Shown: piece by piece, positions 36,792 to 49,419 of the stretch
How the letters are laid out: each line of letters begins with the position of its first letter
How positions within the stretch are numbered: the stretch's first letter is position 1
Assembly (NCBI RefSeq): GCF_006345805.1
Contig: NC_043010.1
Span: 52,948,001-53,011,922, forward strand
Direction: 5' to 3'
Source of the DNA: Octopus sinensis
Taxonomy: Eukaryota
Length of the DNA: 63,922 bases
The notes under the pieces: generated by a model
The model's database searches: none
The model's input: the letters and a program-made list of their open reading frames with translations, nothing else
Told to the model about the DNA's origin: nothing
Position numbers and translations under genes: made by a program

Positions 36792-37639
36792 TATTATATA
36801 TATATATATATTGTAAATAAACATATATATATATATATACATGTATATATATATATAGAATATATATATATATATGTATATATATCTATATACATATATA
36901 TATATATATATACATGTATATATATATAATAGAAAGCACGCCCACATTGATGGACATACATCCACACACATATATGCATGTGTGTGCATATATATATATA
37001 ATATATATATATATATATACACACACATTTATATACACACGTGTATGTATGTATATGTATGTATGTATGCACATCCCCCTGACATACATATGCCTAGACG
37101 TGTCTCTGTGTGTTGTATTTCTTTATATATATATGCTGTCTGTCTGTCTGTCTGTATGTATGTATGTTGTATGTATGTATGTATGTATGTATAGATGCTT
37201 CTATATTTCTATAAAGATATCCCTCTGGAAATATACCGTATGTCTCGCTTTAGAGACAGATATTCGTCTTGTCATCAGTGATAAATGTCAAACTATTGTA
37301 AAAACAGAAAGTAAAAAGCAATTCGAAAGAAAGAGCAGGTAAGACAGAGAGGGAGGAGGGGGGAGAAGAAACAGAGACAAATCGAGAGAGAGAGAGGAGG
37401 GGGGGGGAGGGGAGGGAAAGAAAGAGAAATTTTGCAATAGCTGAAGTGGCGAGGATGGCAGTGCAGTGTAGGTATATGTAAGGGCCAGGTCAGGTGCGTG
37501 TTTGGGTGGGCAGAAGATTGATCCTTCGACTAGAGAATTTCCATAGCATCGTTTTTGCAAAAGAATTCTTTGTGGTGGTAGACGACTGGGTGGGGTCAGT
37601 CATGGGGGGGGGAGGGAGGGATAGAGATATGGGTTCAGA

Positions 37640-37815
37640 GTGTTGTTGTTGTTGCTGTCTTCTTCTTCTTCTTGTTCTTGTTCTTCTTGTTCTTGTTCTT
37701 CTTGTTCTTGTTCTTGTTCTTGTTCTTGTTCTTCTTCTTGTTCTTCTTCTTCTTCTTCTATTTCTTCTACTTCTTCTTCTTCTTCTACTTATTATTAACA
37801 TCATCAGTTTTATTA

Positions 37816-37871
<56 letters not shown>

Positions 37872-37888
37872 ATTATTATTATTATTAA

Positions 37889-37922
<34 letters not shown>
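37640..37922. repeat. (GTT)(CTT)(GTTCTT)(ATT) compound microsatellite
   Basis: Direct inspection. Confidence 0.95.
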
Positions 37923-37923
<1 letters not shown>

Positions 37924-37959
37924 CAATCAGTACACACGCCATTAGCCACGAAGAATAAT

Positions 37960-38805
37960 CTCTAATTCGAGCCTACTCTAGGCTACTAAGAATGCGTGTG
38001 GCAACTTGAAGATCCACCCACCACACGCGATAGACTGGCGGTTGCACGGGCGCGAAAGCTACGTTGTTATCCTCATTCCGTAAACGGTGGCTTTTTTAAC
38101 GGGTGGAGAGCTGAACTACCCTGGGGTACAAAGGGTTCGCAATCTAGACTAGGGTCTGAAAGTTTACCACACCATAGTGGGTTACACCATGGTTCCTCTG
38201 CTTTGTGGCAGAAGTAGGAAGAAAGAGTGAGAGAAAGTTGTGGTGAAAGAGAACAGTGGGGTTCACCCCCACCCCCACGCCGGATCCTCGTGGAGCTTAG
38301 GTATTTTTGCTCAATAAATACTCTTTTTTTACTCTTTTTACTTGTTTCAGTCATTTGACTGCGGCCATGCTGGAGCACCACGTTCAGTCGAGCAAACTGA
38401 CCCCAGGACTTATTCTTTGTAAGCCCAGTACTTACTCTATCGGTCTCTTTTGCCGAACCGCTATGTAACGGGGACATAAACACACTAGCATCGGTTGTCA
38501 AGCAATGCTAGGGGGACAAACACACACACACAAATACACACACGCATACATATATATATACATATATACGACGGGCTTCTTTCAGTTTCCGTCTACCAAA
38601 TCCACTCACAAGGCTTTGGTCGGCCCGAGGCTATAGTAGAAGACATTTGCCCAAGGTGGCACGCAGTGGGACTGAACCCGGAACCATGTGGTTGGTAAAC
38701 AAGCTACTTACCACACAGCCACTCACAATGCCCGGACGGGGAATCGAAACCGCGTTCTTACGACCGCGAGTCCGCTGCCCCAACCACTGGGCCATTGCGC
38801 CTCCA
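37960..38805 (-). mobile_element. SINE family D (third tail type) with nested SINE A at about 38324-38720
   Basis: D head at 38722-38805, D body resumes at caataaatactc (about 38323); A inserted at an actc microhomology. Confidence 0.8.
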
Positions 38806-39069
38806 CTGTTGATGTTGCTGTTATTGTTGTTGCTGCTGCTGCTGTTGCGATCGTCGTCGTCGTCGTCGTTGGTAGTGTTGCTGTTGTAGATGTTGAGGCC
38901 TCCGCCATATTTGATTGTGTAGAAAACAGATGAAAGTCATTGAAGCCTTCCGTGCCCAAGCTTTCTTTTAGGCATTGTGTATCTAGGAGTACATCATCCT
39001 ATGTAACCTGTATTGCGCAAAACTAAGATGAAAGTCATTGTGCTCGATTATTCTTTCTGGAAGTACATT

Positions 39070-39372
39070 ATCATATGGCTAAGTCCTCGGAAGTGTTCAG
39101 TTCATCATAGTAAGTTCATGAGTTCGATTCCCAGCGGCGCGATGTGTCCTTGAGTTAAACATTTTATATCACGTTGCCCCAGTCCACTCGGCTGACAAAA
39201 ATGAATTGTACCTGTAATTCAAAGGGCTACCCTTGTCACATTCTGTGTCACGCTGAATCTTCCTGAGAACCACATAAATCGTACGCGTCTCTGTGGAGTG
39301 CTCAGCCACAAGCAGGGTGTTCCGTTGGTCGGATCAAATGGAACCCTCGTCGTCGTAACCGACGGAGTGCCA
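39070..39372 (+). mobile_element. D-related SINE (degenerate)
   Basis: gagttcgattccc, ccttgag, gtgtcacgctgaatct, ggaaccctcgtcgtcgtaaccgacggagtgcc. Confidence 0.75.
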
Positions 39373-39672
39373 GAAACATTATCTTATCCAATGCCTTCCG
39401 CATTGTGTAAATCTATGATTCAGTTCCTTGTAGCCATGTTCATCTAATCGTTCTTTCAGGAGCTGTGTATCAAGGGGTTCCGGTTAAGTCTTTAAACTGT
39501 ATCCGGTAATGGCAACCTGGCATTTTGAGGAATGCGTAGTCGATAGAATAAGTACGTGTCTTAAACAAGTACTGAAATCGATTTGTTCTAGTAAAGCTCT
39601 TCAAGGTGGTGCCCCAGCATGGCCGCAATCCATGATTGAAGCAAGTAAAAGAACAATAAAAAATACTGAAGT

Positions 39673-39985
39673 CTGCGAGCTGGCAGAAACGTTAGCACAT
39701 CGGAGAAAATGCTTAGGGATATTTCGTGCCTTTATGTTCTGAGTTCAAATTCCGCCGAGGTCGACTTTGCCTGTCGTCCTTTCGGAGTCGATAAATTAAG
39801 TACCAGTTGCTTACTGGGGTCGATGTAATCAATTGGCCCCCACTCCAAAAATTTCGGGTAGAAAAGAATCGTTAGCACATCGGACAAAATGCTTAGGGAT
39901 ATTTCTTCCGGATCTTTACGCTCTGCGTTCAAATTCCGTCGAGATTGACTTTGCTCTCCCTTCGAAAAATTTTGCCTTATGCCAA
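39673..39985 (+). mobile_element. SINE family B dimer
   Basis: Second head restarts after tail at agaatcgttagcac. Confidence 0.8.
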
Positions 39986-40033
39986 AGAAAAAAAAAACGA
40001 TATTATGCGTGCATGCGTATGTGTTTGCATGTA

Positions 40034-40918
40034 CAGGGTGGGTGGAAAATAACTAGGCATTAGAAATTGCTTATAGAATTTTTAGTATCACTGAAGTAAT
40101 GTCGAAAACATTTTTTAAACAGACAACACTAATGTGGATTTCTTATTTTCTTATTGTCTTATTTCTTATTTTCTATTTTCCAGATGGCCGGTTGCTTCAC
40201 TGTTTAGGAGCCAGCTAAAATTGCAGCACGCTATGAAGTGTGGAATTCCATTGTTTGGGTTCAGAGATGGTGGCGTGCATCGGAAGGTGAGCATGCAACG
40301 CTACGTTTCGAGACAATAAAAATGTTGTCACGTAAAGCTTATGACCACGGGCTCTGTGAACGATGCAAGTAGTGGCCGTCCAGTGGAGAACGTGGCAACA
40401 GTGCAGGTAATATTCAAACGCAGCCGGCAAAAATCAACACGTCAAGCAGCTCGTGAAAGTGGACTTACAAGACACATAATACGTACGGTGTTGCATAAAG
40501 AATTGAATTTCCGTCCGTGGAAACCCCATTATGTGCAGGAACTAAAATTTAAAGACTGACCGCAGGAGTCCAGAACTCCAAGAAATCTAGATCTCACTCC
40601 ACGTGATTTTTACTTGCGGGGTTACCCAAAAGAGGAGGTGTACAATACAAAACCTCGCACACGAGAGGACATGGAGACACGCATTCAGGAGGTTCACAAT
40701 GATATCCCGGGCGACGTCCTTCAGAAGGTTGCTCATTCCATCCGTGGCCGTTTGAGGAAAATGGTTGACGCCACCGGTGCTTACATTGAGATATATGAAG
40801 ATTTACTTTCATTTTCCCATGTAATAAAGAACATGTATCATTTGTTTCAAAAAATTTGTAAAGAAAATATGGATCTTATTACCAATTTTTCATGCCTGCT
40901 TACTTTTCGCCCACCCTG
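40034..40918 (+). mobile_element. Internally deleted IS630-Tc1-mariner element (rosa/DD41D- or maT-like)
   Basis: TA-cagggtgggtggaaaa.taa...ggca / tgcc...ttacttttcgcccaccctg-TA; peptides KSTRQAARESGL..PWKPHYVQEL and DLTPRDFYLRGYPKEEVY..P.T; catalytic middle missing. Confidence 0.85.
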
Positions 40919-40971
40919 TATGTATGTATGTATGTATGTATGTATGTATGTATGTAGTATGTATGTATGTA

Positions 40972-41379
40972 GTTATCGTGCAATGTAAGGAGAAAGTACG
41001 GAGGGATGTCAGGAAGGGCATCGCTGTTACACTTCCAGAAGGGAAGGGTCTTCCTTTGATTCTGACATGCAATGTCTGTGCAAGACCCTGCCTCAGTAAA
41101 GCTGGACTCATGAGTCATCTTCGTAGTCATAAAACGAGTCAGATGAGTGACAACCTGGCCACTGATGGTGGTGTAACACACCATACTAATCATATCTGTC
41201 AGACATGTAGAAAAGAGTGTAATTCGGTAGGAGGATTTAAACGACATGCAAAGGTACATGAAGCCCAGTTACAACTACAGCCGGCTATTACCAGTAAAGG
41301 TTTTGGTTGCCCATTTTGTACAAGACATTGTAGATCTTTAGCTGGGCTAAAAAGTCACATTCGATCACAGCACCAGTAA
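40972..41379 (+). CDS. Open frame with three C2H2 zinc fingers (probably LINE ORF C-terminus)
   Basis: CNVC..HLRSH, CQTC..HAKVH, CPFC..HIRSQH, no stops; no TGEKP linkers; the listed Met comes from a microsatellite. Confidence 0.65.
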   Translation, partial: VIVQCKEKVRRDVRKGIAVTLPEGKGLPLILTCNVCARPCLSKAGLMSHLRSHKTSQMSDNLATDGGVTHHTNHICQTCRKECNSVGGFKRHAKVHEAQLQLQPAITSKGFGCPFCTRHCRSLAGLKSHIRSQHQ

Positions 41380-41433
41380 TAGTTAAGCTTCGTGCAATGG
41401 CCATACTTGATAACAAGGTGGGCAGCCATAATG

Positions 41434-41462
<29 letters not shown>
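40972..41462 (+). mobile_element. 5'-truncated RTE-clade LINE 3' end with (ATGT)n tail
   Basis: Basic KEKVRRDVRK followed by CxxC.R.C.S..GL.SH.R.H, typical of RTE C-termini; short 3' UTR; tandem-repeat tail. Confidence 0.65.
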
Positions 41463-41465
<3 letters not shown>

Positions 41466-41839
41466 CACGCTTATGCATATATACAAGCACATATACGCAG
41501 GTATATATACATATATGTGTGTGTGCGTATGTATGTGTTCGTGTGTATGTGTTTGTGTGCTCGCGTGTGTTTCAATGTCTGTGTTCGTGTGTGCGCGCGT
41601 ACGTGTGTGTGCCAGCCAATAATGGTCTCTTCGTAGACGCTAGTTTTTTGTTTCAAGACTAATTAATTATTAAATTGTTTTACTCCGTTTGGTTTCTCAA
41701 GACTTGGAAAACTTCAGTGGAATTGACAATGACACCGGCGAGAAGAAATAACTCGCGACGATCATCACCACAAGCTACAAACGCTATCATCTCAACCACC
41801 GTCGCTACAAATAAGACCACCACCACTGTAAATACTACT

Positions 41840-42370
41840 ACCGATGCCCACTAGCACAGCGAATACTACCAGCACCACAAGATATCACTACCACCACAAA
41901 CCACCACCACCACCACCGCCACCACCATCGTCATCATCAGTAGCAGCAGCAGCAGCAGCACAAAACTATCAACATAACCACCATAATCATCATAACCATC
42001 ACAACCACCAAAACTACCATAACCACTACAACTACCACAACTAGCACAAACATCACAACCATCACAACTACTACAACTACCACAACCACCACAACCACTA
42101 CAACTACCACAAATATTCCGCAACCACCACAACTACCACAACCACCACAACTGCCGCAAATAGTCCAAACACCACAACTATCACGACTACCACAACCACC
42201 ACAACTGCTACAACTACTACAACCACCACAGCCACACAGCCGCCACAAATATTCCAACTACCACAACCATCACAACCATCACGACCGTTACAACTACCTC
42301 CATAAAACACCACCACAACTGCTACAACTATCACGACTACCGCAACCATCACACTCGCCACAACCACCGC
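41840..42370. repeat. CAC/CAA low-complexity repeat
   Basis: Direct inspection. Confidence 0.85.
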
Positions 42371-42424
42371 CTCATGACGCAAAGCACTCGCACCAGCATT
42401 ATTATAAAGGTAATCCCTGAGAGA

Positions 42425-42660
42425 CGTGTGGCATTCCGTCAGTTACGACGACAAGGGTTCCAGTTGATCCGATCAACGGAACCGATGCTGGTATGTTTAT
42501 GTCCCCGTAACTTAGCGGTTCGGCAAAAGAGACTGATAGAATAGGTACTGGGCTTACAAAGAATAAGTCCTGGGGGTCGATTTGCTCGACTAAAGGTGGT
42601 GCTCTAGCATGGCCACAGTCAAATGACTGAAACAAGTAAAAGAGTAAAAGAGTAAAGAGA
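42425..42660. mobile_element. D tail (minus) fused to SINE A 3' half (plus)
   Basis: ggcattccgtcagttacgacgac..gatcaacggaa | ccgatgctgg...gtaaaagag. Confidence 0.75.
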
Positions 42661-42840
42661 GTAATTCTAGTAAAACCTTTAGCAGTATACATACATTAAT
42701 GTAATTATAAACACTTGAAAATCTCTTCTTTTTTGAGGTTTCATTCTGGGCCAGACATAATTATACGGAACTGTTTAACAGTCCTATAGAATGCTTTGAC
42801 AGAATTGAAAACGTAATTTGTTTTACCTATATCAGACTAT

Positions 42841-43112
42841 TGGAGCCACATGGCCTAGTGGTTAGAGCAGCGGACTCGCGGTCGAGGGGTTGCAGACCGG
42901 GCGATGTGTGTGTTTATGAGCGAAACACCTAAGCTCCACGCGGCTCCGACTGAAGGTAATGGCGAACTTCTGCTGACTCTTTTGCCACAACTTTCTCTTA
43001 CTCTTTCCTCCTGCATCTTGCAGCTCACCTGTCTAGGTGGGGAACCTATACGCCAAGGAAACCGAGAAACCGGCTCTTATTATAAGCCAGGAATGGTTCG
43101 AGAAGGAACAAA
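42841..43112 (+). mobile_element. SINE family D variant with (AAC)n tail
   Basis: tggcctagtggttagagcagcggactcgcggtc head; gagcgaaacacctaagctccacg. Confidence 0.8.
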
Positions 43113-43239
43113 CAACAATATCAGACTGACCCCGAAAAAAACTCAACTCACGAGAGACAGAGTTTTATAGATAGGATGGATTGATTCGCTCTCGTATTGA
43201 GTAACCACCAAACGGATTATGAAAACGTCCAACTGACAC

Positions 43240-44620
43240 GTTCGTTGATTTAACTTTAAGATCAGTGATAATTCGAATTTCAACATTGTTGATTTCCCCG
43301 ATATTTCCATAAGCTTAAACTCTGGAAAATATGACCCTCACAGAAATCACAATTAAATTTTACATTATATCAAATAATTGTTCTAACTATTCTTTCGATA
43401 TTAAGAAAACATGATAAGCGTAACGCTAAGAAGAGAATTCAAAGAAGGCATGCATTATACATAAGAACAGAATATTACAAAAAGAAGCAACTTTTTAGTT
43501 TACCTGTCAATCCTAAAAACATCACCAAACTTTATTAAATCTAACATAAAAATCATTTGATCCAAATTATAAGTTCCACATGAAATTAAAATGTAATGGT
43601 AATAGTATTTAGAACTGCATTGACAACTTTACTGTCTTTATAGCTACAGTAAATCCTCGAGTATAGTTAGCCCTTGAGTATATAATACGCAGGAGATTTT
43701 TAGGGGGCTGTACCTCTGAAAAACTTAAACCTTGCGTATAATAAGCACCCCTTCTCTAACTTGAGTCAAGGAGGTCTGTATAACGTCCTTGGTTTATAAA
43801 AATGTATACCGTAACGTCCTTTATTATTATTATTATTATTATATATATAACATAATGCAAACGTGTAGCTTTTTTGTGCATTTTGTTTGCAGAAAATAGA
43901 GAAATAACAGTAATAACAGTAATAATGTTTTATAAATGTACCTTATTGCAAGTTATGGATGATTCTTTTATGACTTCATTGCTTTCAGGCTTAGCTTAAG
44001 GTATTTTCGTGCTCGACATCAGAAAATGCGTCTGAATAAACATTGCCGGACAGCAAATAGAGACTCGGACATTGCTTAGAAAGTAATTTTCATTTTTAAC
44101 CTCGTATATAGTACGCACTAGGGATTTTGACCTTTAAATTTTGGGAAAAAAATGCGGATTATACTCGAGGATTTACAGTACTTAGAATAGGTAAAGTTTG
44201 ATAATCTGATGCGTACAGATGCATAAAACTCACCGCTTCATCTAACTTCTTTTCCACCGATACTTGACAATATAAGGATAACTTAACAATGTTAAATACT
44301 GTGTCAAGAGCTCAATCCAAAAAGGATAATGGAACGAAATATTGCACAGGTCTAATTGAAAATATCTTTTAAACAAGATTTTATCATCAAGCTTATTCAC
44401 AGGGAAACACATCTTACCAAATATCTTTGAAACTTGAAGGATTGAAGTTTTAATAAATTTAGAATGGACTGATAAATGATTAAAATCGAAAGTACACTTT
44501 CATATATCAACGGATTTAAATGCCTCATCTGCTTATCCGAAAAATATTATATATACGATGCAGCCGCTTTGTTTGTTGAACTTAAAGCTGGAATTAGTTT
44601 CTCATCAGAGTAAGTAGCTC
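43240..44620 (+). pseudogene. Decayed Penelope-like RT / GIY-YIG ORF
   Basis: NIVDFPDISISLNSGKYDPHR..HYI..SNY (RT thumb VNFLD..Y.PYRK..SNHP) and KCLICLSEKYYI..LN..ELVS (PLE endonuclease C-terminus). Confidence 0.75.
43647..44178. mobile_element. pogo/Tc2-like MITE inserted in the PLE
   Basis: TA-cagtaaatcctcgagtata ... tatactcgaggatttacag-TA; subterminal repeats of the TIR core. Confidence 0.85.
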
Positions 44621-45091
44621 TTACGCACATTTACTTTACCTACCGAGTAAATAACATAATATCCTGTTTATTTGTACTTTTTGTTCTCACAAACCGCTTC
44701 AAGGTCTCAACACGCATCTTGGTAAATATCTGTTATGTGTATGTCAACTTCCATCACTTAAACTATATATAAAATTATATACACCTCAATCCAAACACAA
44801 AAATATAAAATCATATATTACTACAATATAACAATAACGGAGAAACTCTTATGTTATTATTCGAAATTAAAATGAAACACAGGTAAAGAAACCCCATAAA
44901 GATAGCAATAATCCCTCCAAATATTAATCGGTAATCGAGTATATCTATCTCTTGTTTGATTTTCAAATCGTCTTTGCATCCTTACTTCAGCGACCCTTTG
45001 CATTCTCCAGTTAAGCATTCTGAAATTCACCATCAAGAAATGGGACTAGATACTTTAATATTTTACATTTCGAAAGCCCACAGCTCTTCAA

Positions 45092-45482
45092 TCTCTCTCT
45101 ATATAAAGCTGAAGTTGTCTGTGTATGGCAGGTTTGGTAGCCTTCAACTAACACTATCTATCCGAGACCCTGCGGCGCAAGTTGACCAAAATTGAGAGTA
45201 TGATAGAAGAAGGCTTGCTCTTCATTTTGTAGAAGAAAATAATTCAAATCGGACCATGTTAACACCAAAAATTATTTACATCAAAAAGGTGCTTTTTTTC
45301 TATGAAAATCCCCATTTTTTACGATTTTTTTACTGCTGTGTCGCCATTTTTCGGTGTATTTCAACCAGAAAAATGTTCACTTAAAGAGAATAACACGCTA
45401 CATAATGGAAAGTTTTTACTTTTCAAAATTCCAATTCTAAAGGGTCGAAACAAACTCGAGCAACGTCGGGCGATACTGCTAG
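45092..45482 (+). mobile_element. Complete non-autonomous Helitron-like element
   Basis: A|TC start, 3' hairpin ctcgagcaacgtcggg and CTAG|T end, no TSD. Confidence 0.8.
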
Positions 45483-45820
45483 TATTCTGTTAAAAAGAAA
45501 TTTACATGGTGTTTATGCTTTCAAGAGAAAACTACAACTGGACATCATTTTAGATAGGATTCCATATGAATCTACTTCACGGCCAGCGACGCAAATAAGA
45601 GGAGCAACATCAAACTCCCTCATTCACGAAAAAGAGAAAAAAAGATACCTAAAGAAGAGGGGTTACGAAAAGAATATACGATCGAATACATTCCAAAGAG
45701 ACTGGTGTTGGTCTGTGTTGGCAAGACTTATATTATTTGTTAAAATCGACAAAAACAAAACGATGAACTTGCTATGGAGAGTGAAAAATTGAACATGTAT
45801 AATTTCTTTTCTGTCAACTT

Positions 45821-45855
45821 TTTCCTGAAGAAGGACTCAGTCCGAAACGTCGAAA
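45821..45855 (+). ncRNA. Canonical minimal type I hammerhead ribozyme
   Basis: tttc-CTGAAGA-a-ggac(tca)gtcc-GAAAC-GTC-gaaa; core intact, palindromic ACGT stem III. Confidence 0.85.
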
Positions 45856-46177
45856 TTTCCACTCCGCACAGCAAGTTCACTACACTCCTTTTGCTGATTT
45901 TAGGAGAAGAATAGCAACAACAATGGTGGTGCCCCAGCATGGCCACCACAGCTCGCAGGCTGAAACAGGTGAAAAAAAGAGTATATTTCAAGCGTAAAAA
46001 CATAAACAGTGCTATCGCTCTTGCAAATAAAAATACGTTGAACAATTTATAATCTTAACGTATTCCTATCCACTTATCTAAATTCCTTCTTCTAATCGCT
46101 TTACTGTTTCTCTAACGTTCACCTTTTGTTCGAAGGCTTTTTATACCTACTTTATCTGCTCTGAGATCCATCGTTGC

Positions 46178-46194
46178 AAAATAATAATAATAAT

Positions 46195-46225
<31 letters not shown>

Positions 46226-46306
46226 GATGATGATGATTATGAAGATAATGATGATGATGATGAAGATGATGATGATGAAGAAGATGATGATGATGATGAT
46301 GATGAA

Positions 46307-46347
<41 letters not shown>

Positions 46348-46348
46348 G
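46178..46348. repeat. (AAT)n(GAT)n microsatellite
   Basis: Direct inspection. Confidence 0.95.
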
Positions 46349-46467
46349 TAAAAAAATTGAAAAAAACCTGTAAGTACTTTACAATGCTACTACCCACTTC
46401 CTGATGATATTAAATCATGTAGCTTTCTCCATTTGCGTATTGCCTTTCTATTTTCCATCACTTCTTG

Positions 46468-46910
46468 AGGCGGCGAGCTGGCAGAAACGTTAGCACACCG
46501 GGCGAAATGCTTTGCGGTATTTCGTCTGACGCTACGTTCTAAGTTCAAATTCCGCCGAGATCGACTTTGCCTTTCAAACTTTCGGTCTTCGATAAGTAAA
46601 GTACCAGTTACACACTGGGGTCGAGGTAATCGACTTAATCGACTTAATCCCATTGTCTGTCCTTGTTTGTCTCCTCTATGTTTAGCTCCTCGTAGGCAAT
46701 ATAGAAATAAGAAACGTTAGCACGCTGGTCAAAATGTTTAGCAGAATTTCGCCCGTCTACACGTTCTGAGTTCAAATTCAGTCGAGGTCGACTTTGCCTT
46801 CTATCATTTCGGGGTCGATAAAATAAGTACCAGTTGAACACTAGGGGTGGACGTAATCGACTTGGCCTCTCTCCCGAAATTGCTGGTCTTGTGCCAAAAT
46901 TTGAAACCAA
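46468..46910 (+). mobile_element. SINE family B dimer with two different tails
   Basis: First ends ..gcaatatagaaata, second restarts at agaaacgttagcac and ends ttgtgccaaaatttgaaacc. Confidence 0.85.
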
Positions 46911-46939
46911 TATTACACACGTTATAATTACGTATATAT

Positions 46940-46971
<32 letters not shown>

Positions 46972-46972
<1 letters not shown>

Positions 46973-47176
46973 CTCTTTCACTTGTTTCAGTCATGTAACT
47001 GCGGCCATGCTGGAGCACCGCCTTTAGTCGAGCAAATCGACCCCAGGACTTATTCTTTGTAAGCCTAGTACTTATTCTATCGGTCTCTTTTGCCGAACAG
47101 CTAAGTTACGGGGACGGCAAACACACCAGCTTCGGTCGTCAAGCGATGTTGTGGGGGACAAACACAGACAGACAAG

Positions 47177-47225
<49 letters not shown>

Positions 47226-47378
47226 TATACGACGGGCTTCTTTCAGTTTCTGTCTACCAAATCCACTCACAAGGCTTTGGTCGGCCCGAGGCTATAGTAG
47301 AAGATACTTGCTGAAGGTGCTACGCAGTGGGACTGAACCTGGAACCCTGTAGTTGGTAAACAAGCTACTTACCATACA
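46972..47378 (-). mobile_element. Near full-length SINE family A
   Basis: Tail through head. Confidence 0.9.
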
Positions 47379-47589
47379 CCCGCCCGCACTCATACACGCA
47401 CACACACATGTGTAATGTACACATATGTGCGTATATGTAAATGTGTGTATGTTTATGATGCTCTCTGCCAAAGAAAATAAAGACAAGCATCAACGAAAGT
47501 AAAGAATGAGAATGGAACAAAACAGCGAAAGGATTCTGTGATTGGTTTGGGTGGAGAGGAAGGAATCTTAATGCTGAGGATTTGAGTAG

Positions 47590-47593
<4 letters not shown>

Positions 47594-47631
<38 letters not shown>

Positions 47632-47705
47632 GAGGTGAGAGGTGAGAGAGAAGAAGCGAGAGAGGATGAGAGATGGTGAAAGACAGAAAGGAGGAGAAGG
47701 AGAGA

Positions 47706-47750
<45 letters not shown>

Positions 47751-48195
47751 GAGGTGAGAGGTGACAGAGAGAAAGCGAGAGAGAATGAGAGATGGTGAAA
47801 GACAGAAAGGAGGTGAAGGAGAGAAAAGGGAGAGAGAGGAAAAAGAGGTGAGAGGTGAGAGAGAGAAAGCGAGAGAGGATGAGAGATGGTGAAAGACAGA
47901 AAGGAGGTGAAGGAGAGAAAGAGAGAGAAAGAGAGAGAGGGGAAAAAGAGGTGAGAGGTGAGAGGTGAGAGAGAGAAAGTGAGAGAGAGAAAGAAAGCGA
48001 ATGAGGATGAGAAATGGTGAAAGACAGAAAGAGGTGAATGAGAGATAGAGAGCGAGAGAGAGAGAGAGAGAGAGAGGAAAAAGAGGTGAGAGGTGAGAGA
48101 GAGAAAGTTAGAGAGAGAGAGAAAGCGAGAGAGGATGAGAGATGGTGAAAGACAGAAAGGAGGTGAAAGAGAGAAAGAGAGAGAAAGAGAGAGCG
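47594..48195 (+). repeat. Polypurine minisatellite (about 110-130-bp units)
   Basis: gagatggtgaaagacagaaag x5; gaggaaaaagaggtgagaggtga recurring. Confidence 0.9.
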
Positions 48196-48592
48196 AGCTT
48201 GCCTCTGTGTGTATATTTGTGTGTGCGTGTGTGTGTGGTGTGTGCGTGTGTGTGTGTGTGTGTTGAAGTCAAGGAAGGCATCCATTCCGCAAGATCGATT
48301 CCTTGCCAAAAATCTTGCATTTCGCTTGAGGCCATGGCTGAGATAAAGAGACAGAGAGAGAATGTGTGGGACGGGAGTAATACAACGAAAGGTATAGCAG
48401 AATAATGTGAGTGTGTTTGTGTTAGAAAGAGTGGGAGAGAGAAAAATTGATGTTGGTGGGAGAGAGAGAGAGAGAGAGAGAGAGAGTTGTAGTCGTAGCT
48501 TTAGGCACATGTAGATATAGAAGTGTGCGTGGTGTCTTGAGACAGACATTCGAATACTAACAAGCTAAGAGGCAGACAGTGATGGATAAGTT

Positions 48593-48680
<88 letters not shown>

Positions 48681-48798
48681 CTGAAGCAGATGAACAAAGA
48701 TAGAATGACTATTGGACAGCTATGCCTATAGACAGAGTGATATATAGATAAATGATAGGTAGAGAATTGATTCGGTAGATAGAGAGGAAAATAGATAA

Positions 48799-48871
<73 letters not shown>

Positions 48872-48946
48872 GAAATACACGCAAGCAGATATATATGTAA
48901 ATAGATAAGTTGTTAGCTGCTAGAGATGGAAAGACTGGCAGATATG

Positions 48947-49010
<64 letters not shown>

Positions 49011-49128
49011 AATTGAGACATATGTACAGATACAAAGATGAAGTGACTATGCATATAGACAGAGAGATATATAGATAAATAAAATAAGTATAGAGTTAAC
49101 CCAGTAGACAGATGGACATACAGCTATG

Positions 49129-49192
<64 letters not shown>
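48593..49192. repeat. Four (GATA)n blocks
   Basis: Direct inspection. Confidence 0.95.
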
Positions 49193-49193
<1 letters not shown>

Positions 49194-49194
<1 letters not shown>

Positions 49195-49330
49195 TGTTTC
49201 TTTATTAGCCACACAGGGCTGCACACAGATAGAACAAATTACAAGGTAGAGCTTTTCTTTTGAAGGTTTAAAAAAAAAAAAAAAAAAAAAAGGAAGGGGG
49301 AGTTTCGATCAAAAGGGATCGTAAAAGGAG
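49194..49330 (-). mobile_element. Retroposon 3' end resembling the SINE B tail (possible partner LINE UTR)
   Basis: Minus: ccttgtaatttgttctatctgtgtgcagccctgtgtggctaataaagaaa against B tail ccttgtttgtcccctctgtgtgtagccccttgtgggtagtaaagaaa. Confidence 0.5.
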
Positions 49331-49366
49331 AGAAAGAGGACAAAAAAAGGGGGGGTTAAAAAAAAA

Positions 49367-49419
<53 letters not shown>

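Noticed and set aside
40924-41379. Host C2H2 transcription factor gene
   Set aside because: No TGEKP linkers, start codon comes from a microsatellite, and finger motif and tail fit an RTE LINE end better.
47365-48549. 394-aa Ser/Leu ORF, the longest in the window
   Set aside because: Translation of a CT-rich minisatellite that lacks stop codons by composition.
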